Shown: positions 1 to 12,369 of the stretch, piece after piece
Position numbering within the stretch: the first letter of the stretch is position 1
How the letters are laid out: every line of letters starts with the position of its first letter
NCBI GenBank assembly: GCA_002633005.1
Contig: NMRA01000193.1
Span: 240,032 to 304,031, forward strand
DNA length: 64,000 bases
Direction: 5' to 3'
From: Phoronis australis
Taxonomy: Eukaryota; Animalia; Phoronida
The notes under the pieces: model-generated
The model's database searches: none
Seen by the model: the letters and a program-made list of their open reading frames with translations, nothing else
Told to the model about the DNA's origin: nothing
Program-made: the position numbers and the translations under genes

Positions 1-55
1 GTTATCCAAATTTGGACATTTTTCTAGGGTTACAACATAACCTTAATCACAAGAA

Positions 56-297
56 GAGGCAGTGAGGCCTAGTGGGATAAGTGTCCGTTTCCTTTACTCA
101 AGGTCACGGGTTCGAGTCCCATCGGGGCACACTGCTTGACCCTTGAATCAGGTCCCTAGCTCCCCAGCTCACTTTTAACTACTGCAACATTGATAAAGCA
201 TAGAAATGGACCCAAGTGATCAGTGCGACGGGCCTACTTGAGAGGCCTACGCACTTCTGGTACAATGTGTACCAGACCGCCTGCAATTATTTTTATT
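56..297 (+). mobile_element. tRNA-derived SINE
   Basis: A-box-like AGGCCTAGTGG and B box GGTTCGAGTCC (109-119), followed by a body shared with 16685-16870 and 22005-22237, ending in a stem-loop and an AT-rich tail. Confidence 0.8.
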
Positions 298-449
298 TTA
301 ACTTTAATCACATCATTCTAGAGACTATTGAAAATGTAGCTGCATATAATTACTACTACTGCTAGTGCTACTACAATTTCTATTTCTATCGTTATGATTA
401 CTATTAATATTGTTACGTGGAACCATTAGGACAAAACACTATGGCCTAC

Positions 450-3400
450 CACTAGAGGTACTTGAAGTAGTGAGGAGATTTCATCCTGGTCCTCTATTTT
501 CATCTTGGGGTGCACAAGGGCTCCTCTGTTACTAATGGCACAATAGCTCCCCACTAATGTCTGGCTACTTAGGGTGTTTTTGAATACCTCCACTTTAAGC
601 ACATCAGCGATGATTTCTTCGGTTTCCTGGTGAAATAGGCAAAATAAATAAACTGTCCAAGTGCTGAAATGTCAGTCATTAGATATTCATTCCAGGCAAT
701 CATGGTACCTTAAAATGTAAAAACTACACTTGTCATCCATCATAACCCGGGAACACTTACAGTACAGACTGTACAGCAATTTATGGAGAACAAACAGAGA
801 AAAGGGCTTGCAACATATAAAAGCACCTAGTAGATCTCACAAAATGCTAGAAAATTTGCCTCTCACTTGAAAGAGATCCTCCTCTCAGAAGGCACAGACA
901 TCTTTCCCCTCAGGCAAACGAAGATATATGCGAGACTCGAAACATTAAATCTCTTAGATCTCACTAAAGAACACTTTTTAGTGATAGGAATTACAAACTT
1001 TCCACCAAAACTGAGCGCACCATGACAACAAAAAGAGAAAAACATTTTACTGACCAACCTACCCTGGTATCAATCCCAGAAAAACATGTGGAGAATGTGA
1101 ACAAAAAAATTCTTAAAGGTATAGACGTAGACTTTTCTTAGATTCCTAATTAAAGTAGAAGTTCATACAACTTGTAATGGGATCAAAAGCATGTTCCACT
1201 ACTAGTAACAACCTGCTCTTATTGTCATCCCAGTACGCTAATGTCGGACAAGCTGCTGACATCAGACACAGACTGGAAGTGAACACAATTCCACACAAGA
1301 GTCTTGTTGACAAATGGGTGCCACTCTTTGTTTAACACAGGGTCTTTAAGTGACTCAAAAAGGGTAATAGTCGGAATGTAATGACTCTAGCCCTAGCTGC
1401 CAAAGATACACATAAACTGATAGAAGTTATCATCTGTTCATGATGTCAGTTGGCAGGAATCTACAAGGCTGTCTATTTATAGAATGTGTTGCTGGTGAGC
1501 TGTCGCAATGGTATGAGCAGGTCTGTCAAGTACATGACTTGTCAAGTCATAGTGTAAGACTGCTACAGAAATTCATATTCACGCAGGTCCCTACGCTTCG
1601 TTTAGAAGCTCAAGCAGCTGTCCCTTGAACATACAACACATAATTTGGGTGTTTTGTGCACTTTTATGTTCACTTTTCGTTAAAATAGCAGAAAAATACA
1701 TTGACCACACGTCATAATCTGCAGTTTAGTGATGTGGAAGTCAAGTTTCATGGTTCTTATACAAATTTGCTCCTTGGTTTTACTTGCAATGAGTAGTTCT
1801 CATACGAGTCCCGTTCGCTTTACATTATACACGAGGTGTAGTTTTACATACAGGTGCATGGGCCTTGTAATCTGAGACTGCAAGTTACCTTGTCAATGTC
1901 GGGGTGCGCCAGAGCCACGTAGTCATTGCAAGCAATAACGTTACCAAGGGCGGACAGCCTCTCTTCCACTCTCTGTACTCTCACAGCATCAGGCAGCGAG
2001 TTTTTGATGTGTTGCAGCTCCTGGTCAGTTGCAGTGCTTGGAACCAGCAGTCCATGTCTGTTACCTGATACGGAATCAACAACTCGCTGTTAAACTGACT
2101 GTTTCAAAAGTACCACAATTAGTGCAGTCCCAAAGAAGTTCATGGCTAAAATCCATCATTTTACTTGATTCTAAAGCCACATTCAGGCCAGTACAATTTG
2201 GTTCAAGTCTTCAAGATCCAAGTGTTGAAATGAGGAAGTCAGTATAAAGCAAACATTAATTAGTAGTTAGCGAATTACCATGATAGCTTAAATGATAGTT
2301 TAAAGAGGTATGTGATATTCAATTAATAGTGAGGCTGTCGATATTTCATTGTCAAACTTGGTTAGCTAGCTTAAAAACGAAAATCGAATTTGGCATATAA
2401 CTCTTATAAAATTGGTCTCAAAATGTTCCTTACCACGATAGGACTAGGATTATGTCCTGAAGTTAACAAATATCCATTTGAACAACATTTTGTCAGAATA
2501 AACATTGGTAAATCTGAGATTCTAAAGCATTCATTCAGTTTTTGAAGAAAAAAAAACAGCAGGACAGCTACCATGGCTATTGTTCTGCAGGACCTGTTTT
2601 AACAGCACTTGTGACATGTTTGAATGTCCTTTGTTATGTCTAGGGATAAAAGATTGTTTACTTAGGTGGACAACAGTAAGAAGTTCCACAATAATGTGTT
2701 CCAAGAGATATGCATTGTGAACTTGGCACCCATCTCAGTCATTGTTGCAAAAAGTTAAACGCACATTGTGTGATAAGGACATGAGCAGCCACCTGAGTAC
2801 TTATTGTGGTAGGAATCACAAGATTTTTTAAAACTGATAACGTGGAAATGCTTTGCAATTCTGAATCACTTTTGAGTGTGTCATTGAGTAGAGGCAAGGC
2901 TGTTGGCTAAGATTGGAAATGTGACCAGGTCAAAACACAGATTGCTCTGTTTCTCTGGAGCATATAACAGGCGAAGATTTGCGTGCAGCCAAGGTGACTT
3001 TGCCCCATTTATGTGACTTTCAATATTACTTTAACAGTGCTCTATGAATATCTGAGTGTATTAGAGTAGACCGACTCATTTCGTATGTTTAGTACTTACC
3101 AGCACATATTCTACCAATGATACGGCACCCTGCAACTGATGTTTGGATGACTGGTATAACGTCACTCAACTCACCCTCGAATACACTGGAAGCAAAGGTA
3201 AAGCCATAAATGTTAGCAATATTCTTCCCAGTTTCCAGTTCAAATTTCATTGCAAATGCAAAAAAGCTTACATGTGATTAGGTTTCAAGATTAAAAAATG
3301 TGCTTAATATTTTAAGCAACTGGTACCAGCAGGCACATTCGGGCTTGCCAGAAAGCACCATTTTTCACAGAAACACAAGTAGAGCCCTTGCTCAACTGAG

Positions 3401-6400
3401 GAGAAAGGTGCCTGTGCAGTCTGGACCTGGTGGGGGAATTTTTCTGAAAGAGAGGAATAGAACCTCCCCACAGTCAACGAGACCCTCATCGGTTACAACC
3501 AATTTCATTCCGTAAAATTTAATAACTGGTATAGACTGGAGTTATAGCGCAGACTGCCAAATTTGGTCTTATTTAGGAGTTTAAGTACCTTAAGAGAAAA
3601 ATGGTTTTGTAAAAATCCAAGTTTTTGTTTTAAATCCAAAATAAACATTGCATAAAAGTCAGATATATCCCTACCTGACTTAACTTCACAAAATAAATGA
3701 CATTTTGTAATCATCATTCGCCAATATTTTTTCATGTTTAACTGAGTTTGAAAAGCAGCTTTGTTTTTACTTTTTCACCAAGTTCAGACTCAAAACTTTA
3801 TTCACAGAAGAAATTCTCGATAGTTAGCTTAGATGGTGGTATTGTCTAGGTAGCCAAGGGAGCTGTATTCTAATTTTTATCACTTAACACTAATAAAATT
3901 TTAGTCTCTTTCTTGATCAATTTTCTCTAAGATGATACAGTTGGAAAGCCCAGGTAAATATGTTTAATTACATTTAGTGATCTTTTCCATAAATACCACA
4001 GAATTCACATGGAAGTGCAAAATATGTCGAAAATGGGTAGGTCTACACTGTTGAGATAGTACTTAGACAGAGCCACCATCTGGAATGGCCCCAGTAGTGA
4101 AGGTGAAGCTCTTATAGGCACTTCATATGCTGGAAGTTTTTCAGCGAATTATGTCTCAAACTGATTAAAACATCAAAGTTAAGTCACGTTGCTTTGAAGT
4201 ATCTTTTGCACATATAGGGACGCCTTAGGAGGCCAACGATATCTTAAATTCCTTCTAACTCGAACAAATACTTTCATAATCAAACTTTTTTCAAGCAATC
4301 CTTTGCTCAGTTGCCCAAATTGGCAACTGACCATTTATACCCTGTGCGTGCTCCTGGCGTGCACAGTAGAGACGATGAAGCTCCACCACCGCTTCACAGA
4401 CCCTACTGGGGCCAGTTAAAGTCCTGGTCTCAAACTGCCCACGTGCTTCCAGTATCCAAAAATACTTACTACATAAAATCTTTTTTTCGACACCCTTTCT
4501 TTATATTCTTTTCACCTTTCTTGTCAAAAGCGATTTTTTAACAGTTTTTGACCTTTCTCTCTGAGCGTATAATTACCGACTGTCATCGGTTACTTTCGTA
4601 CCCACATTTCCGGCTCATCAGTTCAGGAACTTTTCCTGAACGCCACCATTTTTTCCTTGTAACTGAATGTGCTATCGCTTGCTCGAAAAGTCTTCATTAT
4701 TTTGTTTTATTAGTAATATCTCGTGATTTATTTGTGTGTGTTGTGTATTTATAGTTTGTAGTTAGTGGTCGTTGAATTTTTTTGGAATGTTACGCGTACT
4801 TATAATGTTAAAATAGCATTGGTGTTTAGTTCTTTACGTAGGGCAGTTGAACCTAGGAACCAATAAGAGTCGAACCAATTTTTTCCGTTTTTTTCTCGTT
4901 TTGAAAAAGTGCTTTGCTACCATCGGAAAGGCAATGCATTCTACTCAGTGAAAAGTATCAAAATCGGGGCAAGCACAGTAAATTTATTGCAATTTTTGTG
5001 GCGAAATTTGGGTCACTTTGTTTGGATCGCGTCAGCCATATTGGAGGACAGCGGTATAAGTTACGAGTTTAAAACTTTGTGTAAATTGTTTTCGCCAACA
5101 ATTTACGGTGAAATTTAGTTAGACATATCTTTACTTACTATTCTGCATGATTCAACAGTGTTCACCAAATTTCAGGCTTGCAGTTGTTACTCATTAAGTG
5201 ATAAATGTGCTCACAATTCCCGTTGGACTTCGTCTCATTTCTGGCGGCACCAACAACATGGCGACTTTTGCTGAACTGGAAGGCATGTTCAACCTGTTAC
5301 TTTGTAATTTGTGAAGATTAAACGTTGATACATTTTGACAAACGTTGCTACAAAAAAGAAACTTTGTTCAATTTTCATGTATTTTTGTGCAAAAATATAA
5401 GATATGGGGTAATTCGAATTATTTTACTATGAATTTCTCATTCAGGTGATCTTACACTTAATCTAAAAAAATAGTTGAAATAATTTTGAAATGGTTTTTG
5501 TTTGATTATCAACTGCTGTTCAAGGCTTGATTAGGTGTCACAAAATGCTCAATTGCTTTCAAGTCATGTTTTGTAACTTACTGCTTCTCAATTCAGGTTA
5601 TCAATTCAACAATATGAATAATCTTAATTTGAGAAATAAGCTATGTTTGATTGTGAAGCTTCAAGCCTCCAATTCTTGTTCCTTTCAACTTCATATTTTT
5701 TTAATCATGCTTGTCAAATTCTGGTCTAAGGAAACACTATTTGGTCACCATGGTAATAGTTACATGTATGTCCACTTTCATATCGTGGAAATTTTTGCTG
5801 TTGAATAGTGTTTTTAATGCTAAATGTTATAAAGTATTGTGCATTTTAAGTTACTTATTATGTTAAAAGGTTGAATAATTTTGGCTTAATGAATAAAAAT
5901 GATAACATTTTGTATTGGACTTGTCATACTTATGTGATCGAACCAGCCCCCTATTTGGAGAAATGGAAAAAGGTCTGCCTCAGTCAGAGAAGCACGAACT
6001 CCGAAAAAAGTAGAAAACGAGACGATATTCCACTAGAAGACAGGAAGTACCAAAATTTAGCGTCAGCAATTCATAACTTTGAACATACCCAGTGAATCTT
6101 ATAGTAAAAGATGAGACATTCCCAAAATTCCAGCTCCACCCCATTTTTTAAGCTTGGTGCGCTCATACAAAGTCTGGGAAAATCTCTATTGAAAGCCAAC
6201 AACTTTGCACAGTTCGCCAGAAGTACCCAAGTTCTAAATAAACCTTGTTTGAGCGAGCGCTGTGGCCAGCGACCAGGTAGGCATAAGGGTAGCCTTGGCC
6301 CAAAGCTGTATGGGCCTGCTAAGAAGCTAGCTGTATTTTGACGGTAGTCTTCATACTGGTAGCTGGCACTGAGGCCAGCTAAGCCTGGGCTGCCGCGGCA

Positions 6401-7440
6401 CTGTGACACAGGATTAACCAGCCCGTAATTTTATGCAAGTGTCTGAAACTATGTTTGAATATATACGGCATTTATAATTTGAACAGTTTACTTCGACAAA
6501 ACAGCTTGCAACCGCATGCCTTTACCATTCGCCAGTGTCTTGTCTCGATCCGCACCGGGTCCAATAGGCAGCAGTCCCGAGTCCAGCTAAATAATTTCTG
6601 TCAGAATTTATTCGCTACATTTCTTCAGAAAATTCGATAAAATTGTCTGTATTTTGATTTTATTAAAATTAAGGCACTGTCCATTATTTTATCCCCGTTT
6701 GCAGGCTAGTAACAGGCACTCGCCCATTCACACTGACGGCGTTTTCGTAGCCTGGGTTCCTGAATGAATTGTACTTCCGGGTTCGCGGCTAGTTCAAAAT
6801 GACGGTAGTTCTTCGGGTGCGAATCGTGAGTGGCGCGTTCATTTAACCTTTTTTCGACTACGGATCGTGTATTAATTATGGGGTAGGTACTTCTTGGATC
6901 TTTATAACATCCTCTAACCATGTAATAAGGATTAACAACGTGCGAGACCAGGGGCCTGTTCCAAGAAACTGACTTAAGTTCATTTTTGACTTAAGTTAAA
7001 GATTTGTCTTAAATTCCGAACTTTGGAACTTCCACATTCTGTTAGTTAGTGAAATTTAAGACAAAACTAACGTCACACTATTAATTCAAATTAAGATCTC
7101 TTTCTTGAATTTGTTTTGAGACAAATTTAACTTTAATTTTAAAATTTACTAAAATTTAGGATTTGTCTTAGCTAAGTCAGTTTTGTTGGAACGGCTCCCA
7201 GGACTTTAAGTAGGCTTCAAAATGAGTTAAATTCAGGTGGTTTAAGAGGCTCTGCTTTAGGTTTAACTTCCAGATAACTTAGACGGTACAATGCAGGATT
7301 ACCAAATTCATAATATAAATATTTCTGCCTTACCTGTAAAAGTTTGCAGAACCTCCGATCGCCACCAGACAGTAAGTGTTGGTCAACAGGGAAAACACAC
7401 CGACTTCGTTATTTGACTCAAACTGCGCTCGTACAGCCAT
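450..7440 (-). CDS. EIF6: Eukaryotic translation initiation factor 6 (5' part; 3' exons lie off the left edge of the window)
   Basis: GT-AG exons 7334-7440, 3100-3185, 1889-2064 and 450-626 splice in frame to [182 protein letters not shown], a clear eIF6 sequence. Confidence 0.97.
6952..7198. mobile_element. PIF/Harbinger-type MITE in EIF6 intron 1
   Basis: GGGCCTGTTCCAAGAAACTGACTTA / TAAGTCAGTTTTGTTGGAACGGCTCC inverted ends, CAG TSD; a truncated copy lies at ~36404-36570. Confidence 0.75.
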
Positions 7441-8908
7441 TACACTCTCTGCGTTGTAACTCAAAATAATTCAAACTCGTCACTTTCAAGCTCGGACAGA
7501 TTCAAACTAAACGTTGTTTTAGCGAAACTGTCGATGGCAGAATTACAGTATCGACTTCCAAACAAACGTGTTCCACTGGTTGTGCAATGGATTGAGCTCT
7601 TTGCGTGCTACGTCATCACAATTGGGTGTTTTTAAAGTCGACAACGTCCTCAGCGCTACCTGGCGCAGATCTAGAGTACCACTCCAAAACAAACCCTGAG
7701 CAACCGCGAAGCGTCATATTTTGCGACACAAAACCTTTGACTTCTTTTTAGATGGACGTTCTTTCAGCTGCAATCTGATATGAAAATGTGTCCGAAGCAG
7801 AAGCAAAAGATAATCTATAAAAATTAGCCAAATTCATTTAAACTAGTAGGTGCGATTTTGACCCCAGTGAAAAAATGACCTGAGGCCGGGTCATTTTTTA
7901 CAAAAATGACAATTTCTTAACCTTGCAAATTGACCCAACCAGCTAAATAACGACCCTCTTCGAGTGAAAAATTGAATTTTTCCATGTAATTTACAAAAAA
8001 TTATCGAGAAGTTTTACATTTGTTACAAGTCAAAGGGCGGTAGGTAGTTTTTCAAATGAGAACCATTCATTACACAACACATGCCTTTTCGAGCTTTCCC
8101 AGTCACTTTTCTTAGGAAATTTATTATATTATTAGCTGCTAACTGGTTAATACAACAAAATATGTGCAAAAGTTGGGATGTTGCAATGTACTTGCATAAC
8201 TTTCAAAATAGACAGACTTCGACAAAACTGGTCCTGGTTTTACTATACGTGGATAAACTTATAGCCGGAATTATTTGTCAGTTTAGTCGAACATTTGTCG
8301 GGCTTGAATATGACATTGCGCCTGGTCGCTAATTGTTTTTGAATGGACTTACTTAGAAAGATGTTGCGATTTCGTCTAATGGGGAGTTTTTCTGAGATTT
8401 AGCAAGACTGAATGAAATAGATTCTAGTTCGAATGAATATTTAGTAGCGGTTGCACCTAAACCCAAATTTTCAAGTTGACGTTGTCCAGTTTATTTTGAA
8501 AACTACTTTATGCTAATCTTTGCACCTTTGTTGGTATGCTTGGGAACATAAAAATAGATCTGTCCAACTGAAGTCACATAAAAAGCCAAACATTTTACAA
8601 AATATTACTTAAACTTGGAAATATTTGAAAAAGATAATTCCAATGTGTTCAGAGTAGTCTCACCAACAGAAACAATTGCTTTTACAACATATTGTAATCT
8701 TCCACACTAAGTTTTTCTAAAGTGAAAAGGCAACACAACTATTCCAAGTTAAAGAGATCACACCCCGCTTAACCAGAGAATGCTAGTTTCACAACTAGTT
8801 TTCGTAAAGGGAATTAGAATTCAGAGTTTGGGGACAGTCGCGACTAGCTTAAACCTGGAATTTGGTAAAAAGTAATCGCTAACATGTTCAGTGAAGTCTC
8901 ACGATAAG

Positions 8909-9510
8909 AAAAATTGTGTTTACGATGTTTTTAATCCTGTCAGAATGTTTACCTCGCCACATATATTTTGTAAAGCAAAAAGGGTTATTCCAAGTTAAGG
9001 CATAGGGCGTGGTCTACTTAAAATTGGAAATGGGTAAGAGAGCTAGTATCAAGAATAAAAATGAATCCCTATACAATGTACTGTGACACTTTGAGAATGT
9101 TAATTGTTGTGGATTTGTTCGATCATTGTCACCGATGNTGTGCCAAATTTCATGAACGTATGTCAAAGGGTTTTGGAGATAGAGCAGCGGACGCCGGACG
9201 CCAGACGCCGGACGCCGCCCGGACGGACGGACGGACGGAGATGACGGCATAATGCGTCCACATATAAATATGTGGGCGCATAAAAATTGTGTTTACGATG
9301 TTTTTAATCCTGTCAGAATGTTTACCTCGCCACATATATTTTGTAAAGCAAAAAGGATTATTCCAAGTTAAGGCATAGGGCGTGGTCTACTTAAAATTGG
9401 AAATGGGTAAGAGAGCTAGTATCAAGAATAAAAATGAATCCCTATACAATGTACTGTGACACTTTGAGAATGTTAATTGTTGTGGATTTGTTCGATCATT
9501 GTCACCGATG
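8909..9510. repeat. ~230-bp near-identical direct duplication (8909-9137 / 9281-9510), probably an assembly artefact
   Basis: The two copies differ at about one base, and the first ends exactly at the single N at 9138. Confidence 0.8.
9139..9285 (+). mobile_element. 3' end of a Helentron-associated (HINE/DINE-like) element
   Basis: GACG microsatellite, then hairpin ATGCGTCCACATAT-AA-ATATGTGGGCGCAT, then AAAAA; older relatives at ~13750-13880 and ~14135-14230. Confidence 0.6.
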
Positions 9511-10535
9511 TCATGTGGCTGTATTTTTGACAGGGGATATGACGTCATATACCCTAGCGCGTGCAGTGTAAAATAGCCAGTTGCCGATTTGGGAAAGTGA
9601 GCGAAGGGCTGCTCGAAAAAAAGTTTAATTGCGGGAGTATGTGTTCGAGTTGGAAGGAATTAGAAGATACAGACGGGCTCCTAAGGTGTCCTCTATGCTC
9701 AAAAAGGAACTAGAGCAAAGGCGTGACTTTGACGGTCAGTGTGAGGCATAATTGATCGAAACGGCTTTACGGCGTATTTAAAGGCCTAGGTATGGGAGCT
9801 TGACCGTCTCAACTGCTACATAGAGACGGTGTCACTGTTTTCTTCCCTGTAGTACATAGCGCAGCACTGAAAAAAGTGGGGGCCTGGGGGGAGGGTATAG
9901 TCCCCGGCCCAAGCCCCCTATCATGAGCTGCCCATGTGTAGTACCATGACACCGGGCTGTAGACTTTCTTACATTTGGCCTTGAAAGACGTGCGGAAAAC
10001 GATTTGATGGCAGTTTTCACGCATTTCCTTAATGGAATTCAACTTTACTGAACCAACAGAAAAATCAAGTGTCCATGATTTTCGCCACTAGCAATTATTG
10101 TGCAGCATAACATAATCCGGGCGGGTAGTCGATCAAAAGATTTTGGCTGTGGTCTAGACTTTACGACCACATAGTTGACCCAACTTATATGACAATTGCC
10201 CTATAATTTGGCGAGTTTTCGAGTATGTATGATTTTACGTTTGAATCTTTCAGGCATCGATACCGTACTTCTATATGACTAAGAGGCCGTGACAGTCGTG
10301 TACTGTAATTACCTAGTCTACTGCCGGTGTAGAAAACCGACATCCGGTGTGCGAGTCGGCCGTCCAATAGCCATCCAACTGAAAGTTCTGACGCCAGCAC
10401 GACGTGAGTTATAGCCGCTTTACGTGAACTCCTACCAATGATTAGCTTGGCTACATGCAATGAACAAATGTTACCAGCCTTGTCGATTTGGTTAATTGAA
10501 CTGCATAATTAGGGATTGTCCGATAGCTAGGACAA

Positions 10536-10811
10536 CATGCGCGCACCCGGCCTTTAACATGGGGTGGTCGAATTTCCAACGATGTGGACCTTTTACTAAC
10601 GAAAAAGCGGGAGGACTAAAAAATAAAAAAACGGGGAACCCCGTTCCTAGCTGTGAATTGCGTGTTTATGCTTTTAAGTTTAGTGAACTTTTGTCTCGTT
10701 TTCTCGGACTTTTTTCTCGGAGGCGGACCATTTTGCCCATTCGGCAAATGGGTGAGGGGGGGGGCTCTTTTGAGTCCTCCGAACCCCCCCCCCCCCCTGG
10801 GTGCGCGCATG
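10536..10811. mobile_element. MITE with 5-bp TSD
   Basis: CATGCGCGCACCC...GGGTGCGCGCATG TIRs, GACAA TSD. Confidence 0.85.
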
Positions 10812-12369
10812 GACAAGACACTAAAGGGTCACTAAATTACAATTTTATCCAAGTATATACCACACATTATTTTCTGGTAATTTTAGTGATACCGTACTAG
10901 CCAGGGTTACCACCCAGGGCGCTTAAATCTGAGGAACTCGAAAGGAATGTGAATGTTGAGCGGAACATTTATGCAAATAAACAAAAATTCTGAGAAGTCA
11001 GGGGTGGGCGCGCGTATCTACACTGGATCTTAATTTCCATTCATTTTGAACTACATTGATGTCGGACTGCACGTGCCAGAATCAATTAAATTAACATTGG
11101 CGGTTCACAGGCAATGTCATAGCAATGGGTTTATCGTCCAGAGAGAAGGGAGTGATCGCACACAGTAGTCAGTAGCCTGACCCAGCTTTCAAGTAGCATA
11201 TCACGAGTGATGAGCTGTCCACGCGCTGCTCACAAGAATGCTTTCACTGCTTAGTGCTCACGAGCACCAACCATGTTAGAATGCATCATAAGCCAACTGG
11301 AATTATTTCATGTCTCCTTCAGGAAACGGGTTTTGTTGAAACTGATTGATCTTTACTCAAACTTTTTGAGAGCTAAAATTTTGATTGGCACTCATCAGGA
11401 AGTCTTGGCCGTCAGGGTGGTTGGTAAGCAGAGTATGGTATTTAAACTGACTTAAGTGGAAAATTGGGAATTTAGTGGGTAAGCGGTGAGCAAACTGAAG
11501 TGTGTCATAGCCTTGACAAGTTTGATAAATTTGAGTTTGTCACTCATAGACTGGCAAACTGTTGAATACATAAACACCACCTCTTTACCTCGTGCCAGCT
11601 GGGCAAATGTTACCTGCCATTTGTGTTGCTGTTTTGTATTGCCTAGGTCTCAGGTGGTCAAGGTGGCACCGTATATCTGAGCATCGGTTGGACAAGTAGC
11701 TCTGTTGGTTTCACTGAACACAGAGAAAAGTCAGGATTTTTAGTTTTACCAGGTATTTCCAGGTAATGTAAAATAAATTGGGTTCTGTAATTGATTTTGA
11801 ATGTCTGTCCAATTCCTTCCACAGCAATTGGTACATGATCATAATCCTTCATCTAATTATGCTGCTTTTTCAGAGCATGCAGTCTGATACATCATCCACG
11901 CAAGAGCCAAGGGAACTTATTGCATAGGAAAAGCCAAAACAGTGCATGCTTTACGTCAGTGCATTCCGTCTGTCTGCACCTGCTCAAAGAGAAAATTAAA
12001 ATAACTTGGAAAGGTGCCTTTTAGTGTCTACTTGATTCTTCTACTCTTCATGTTAATGGAGCCATTATGTGTGGTTTGAGACTTCTTCGCGCTAAAAGGA
12101 TGTGGAGTCATAGGTGGGTGTAGATTTATGTGTGCTTGCTGCATCTCACGGTGCAAACTAAAAAATCTGACAGAAGATGCTAGAACCCAGTCTGCTATAC
12201 TGCCCTACAATAAGACATCAATAAATTTTGTGGCTTCCATAATGCATCTCATAATGCACAGCAGTGTTATAAATTATTTATTTCTAAATACTAGTATTAA
12301 TTCATTTGGTTTCATTCAGCACATTGCCAGAACATTCGTAATCTGACAGTTGGTGTCCAGTGAATTCTT

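Noticed and set aside
56-130. tRNA gene
   Set aside because: A and B boxes are present, but the acceptor and anticodon stems do not pair and the sequence continues into a repeated SINE body.
4565-4625. Hammerhead-like CTGATGA...GAAA on the minus strand
   Set aside because: A plausible helix III exists, but stems I and II do not pair; likely chance.
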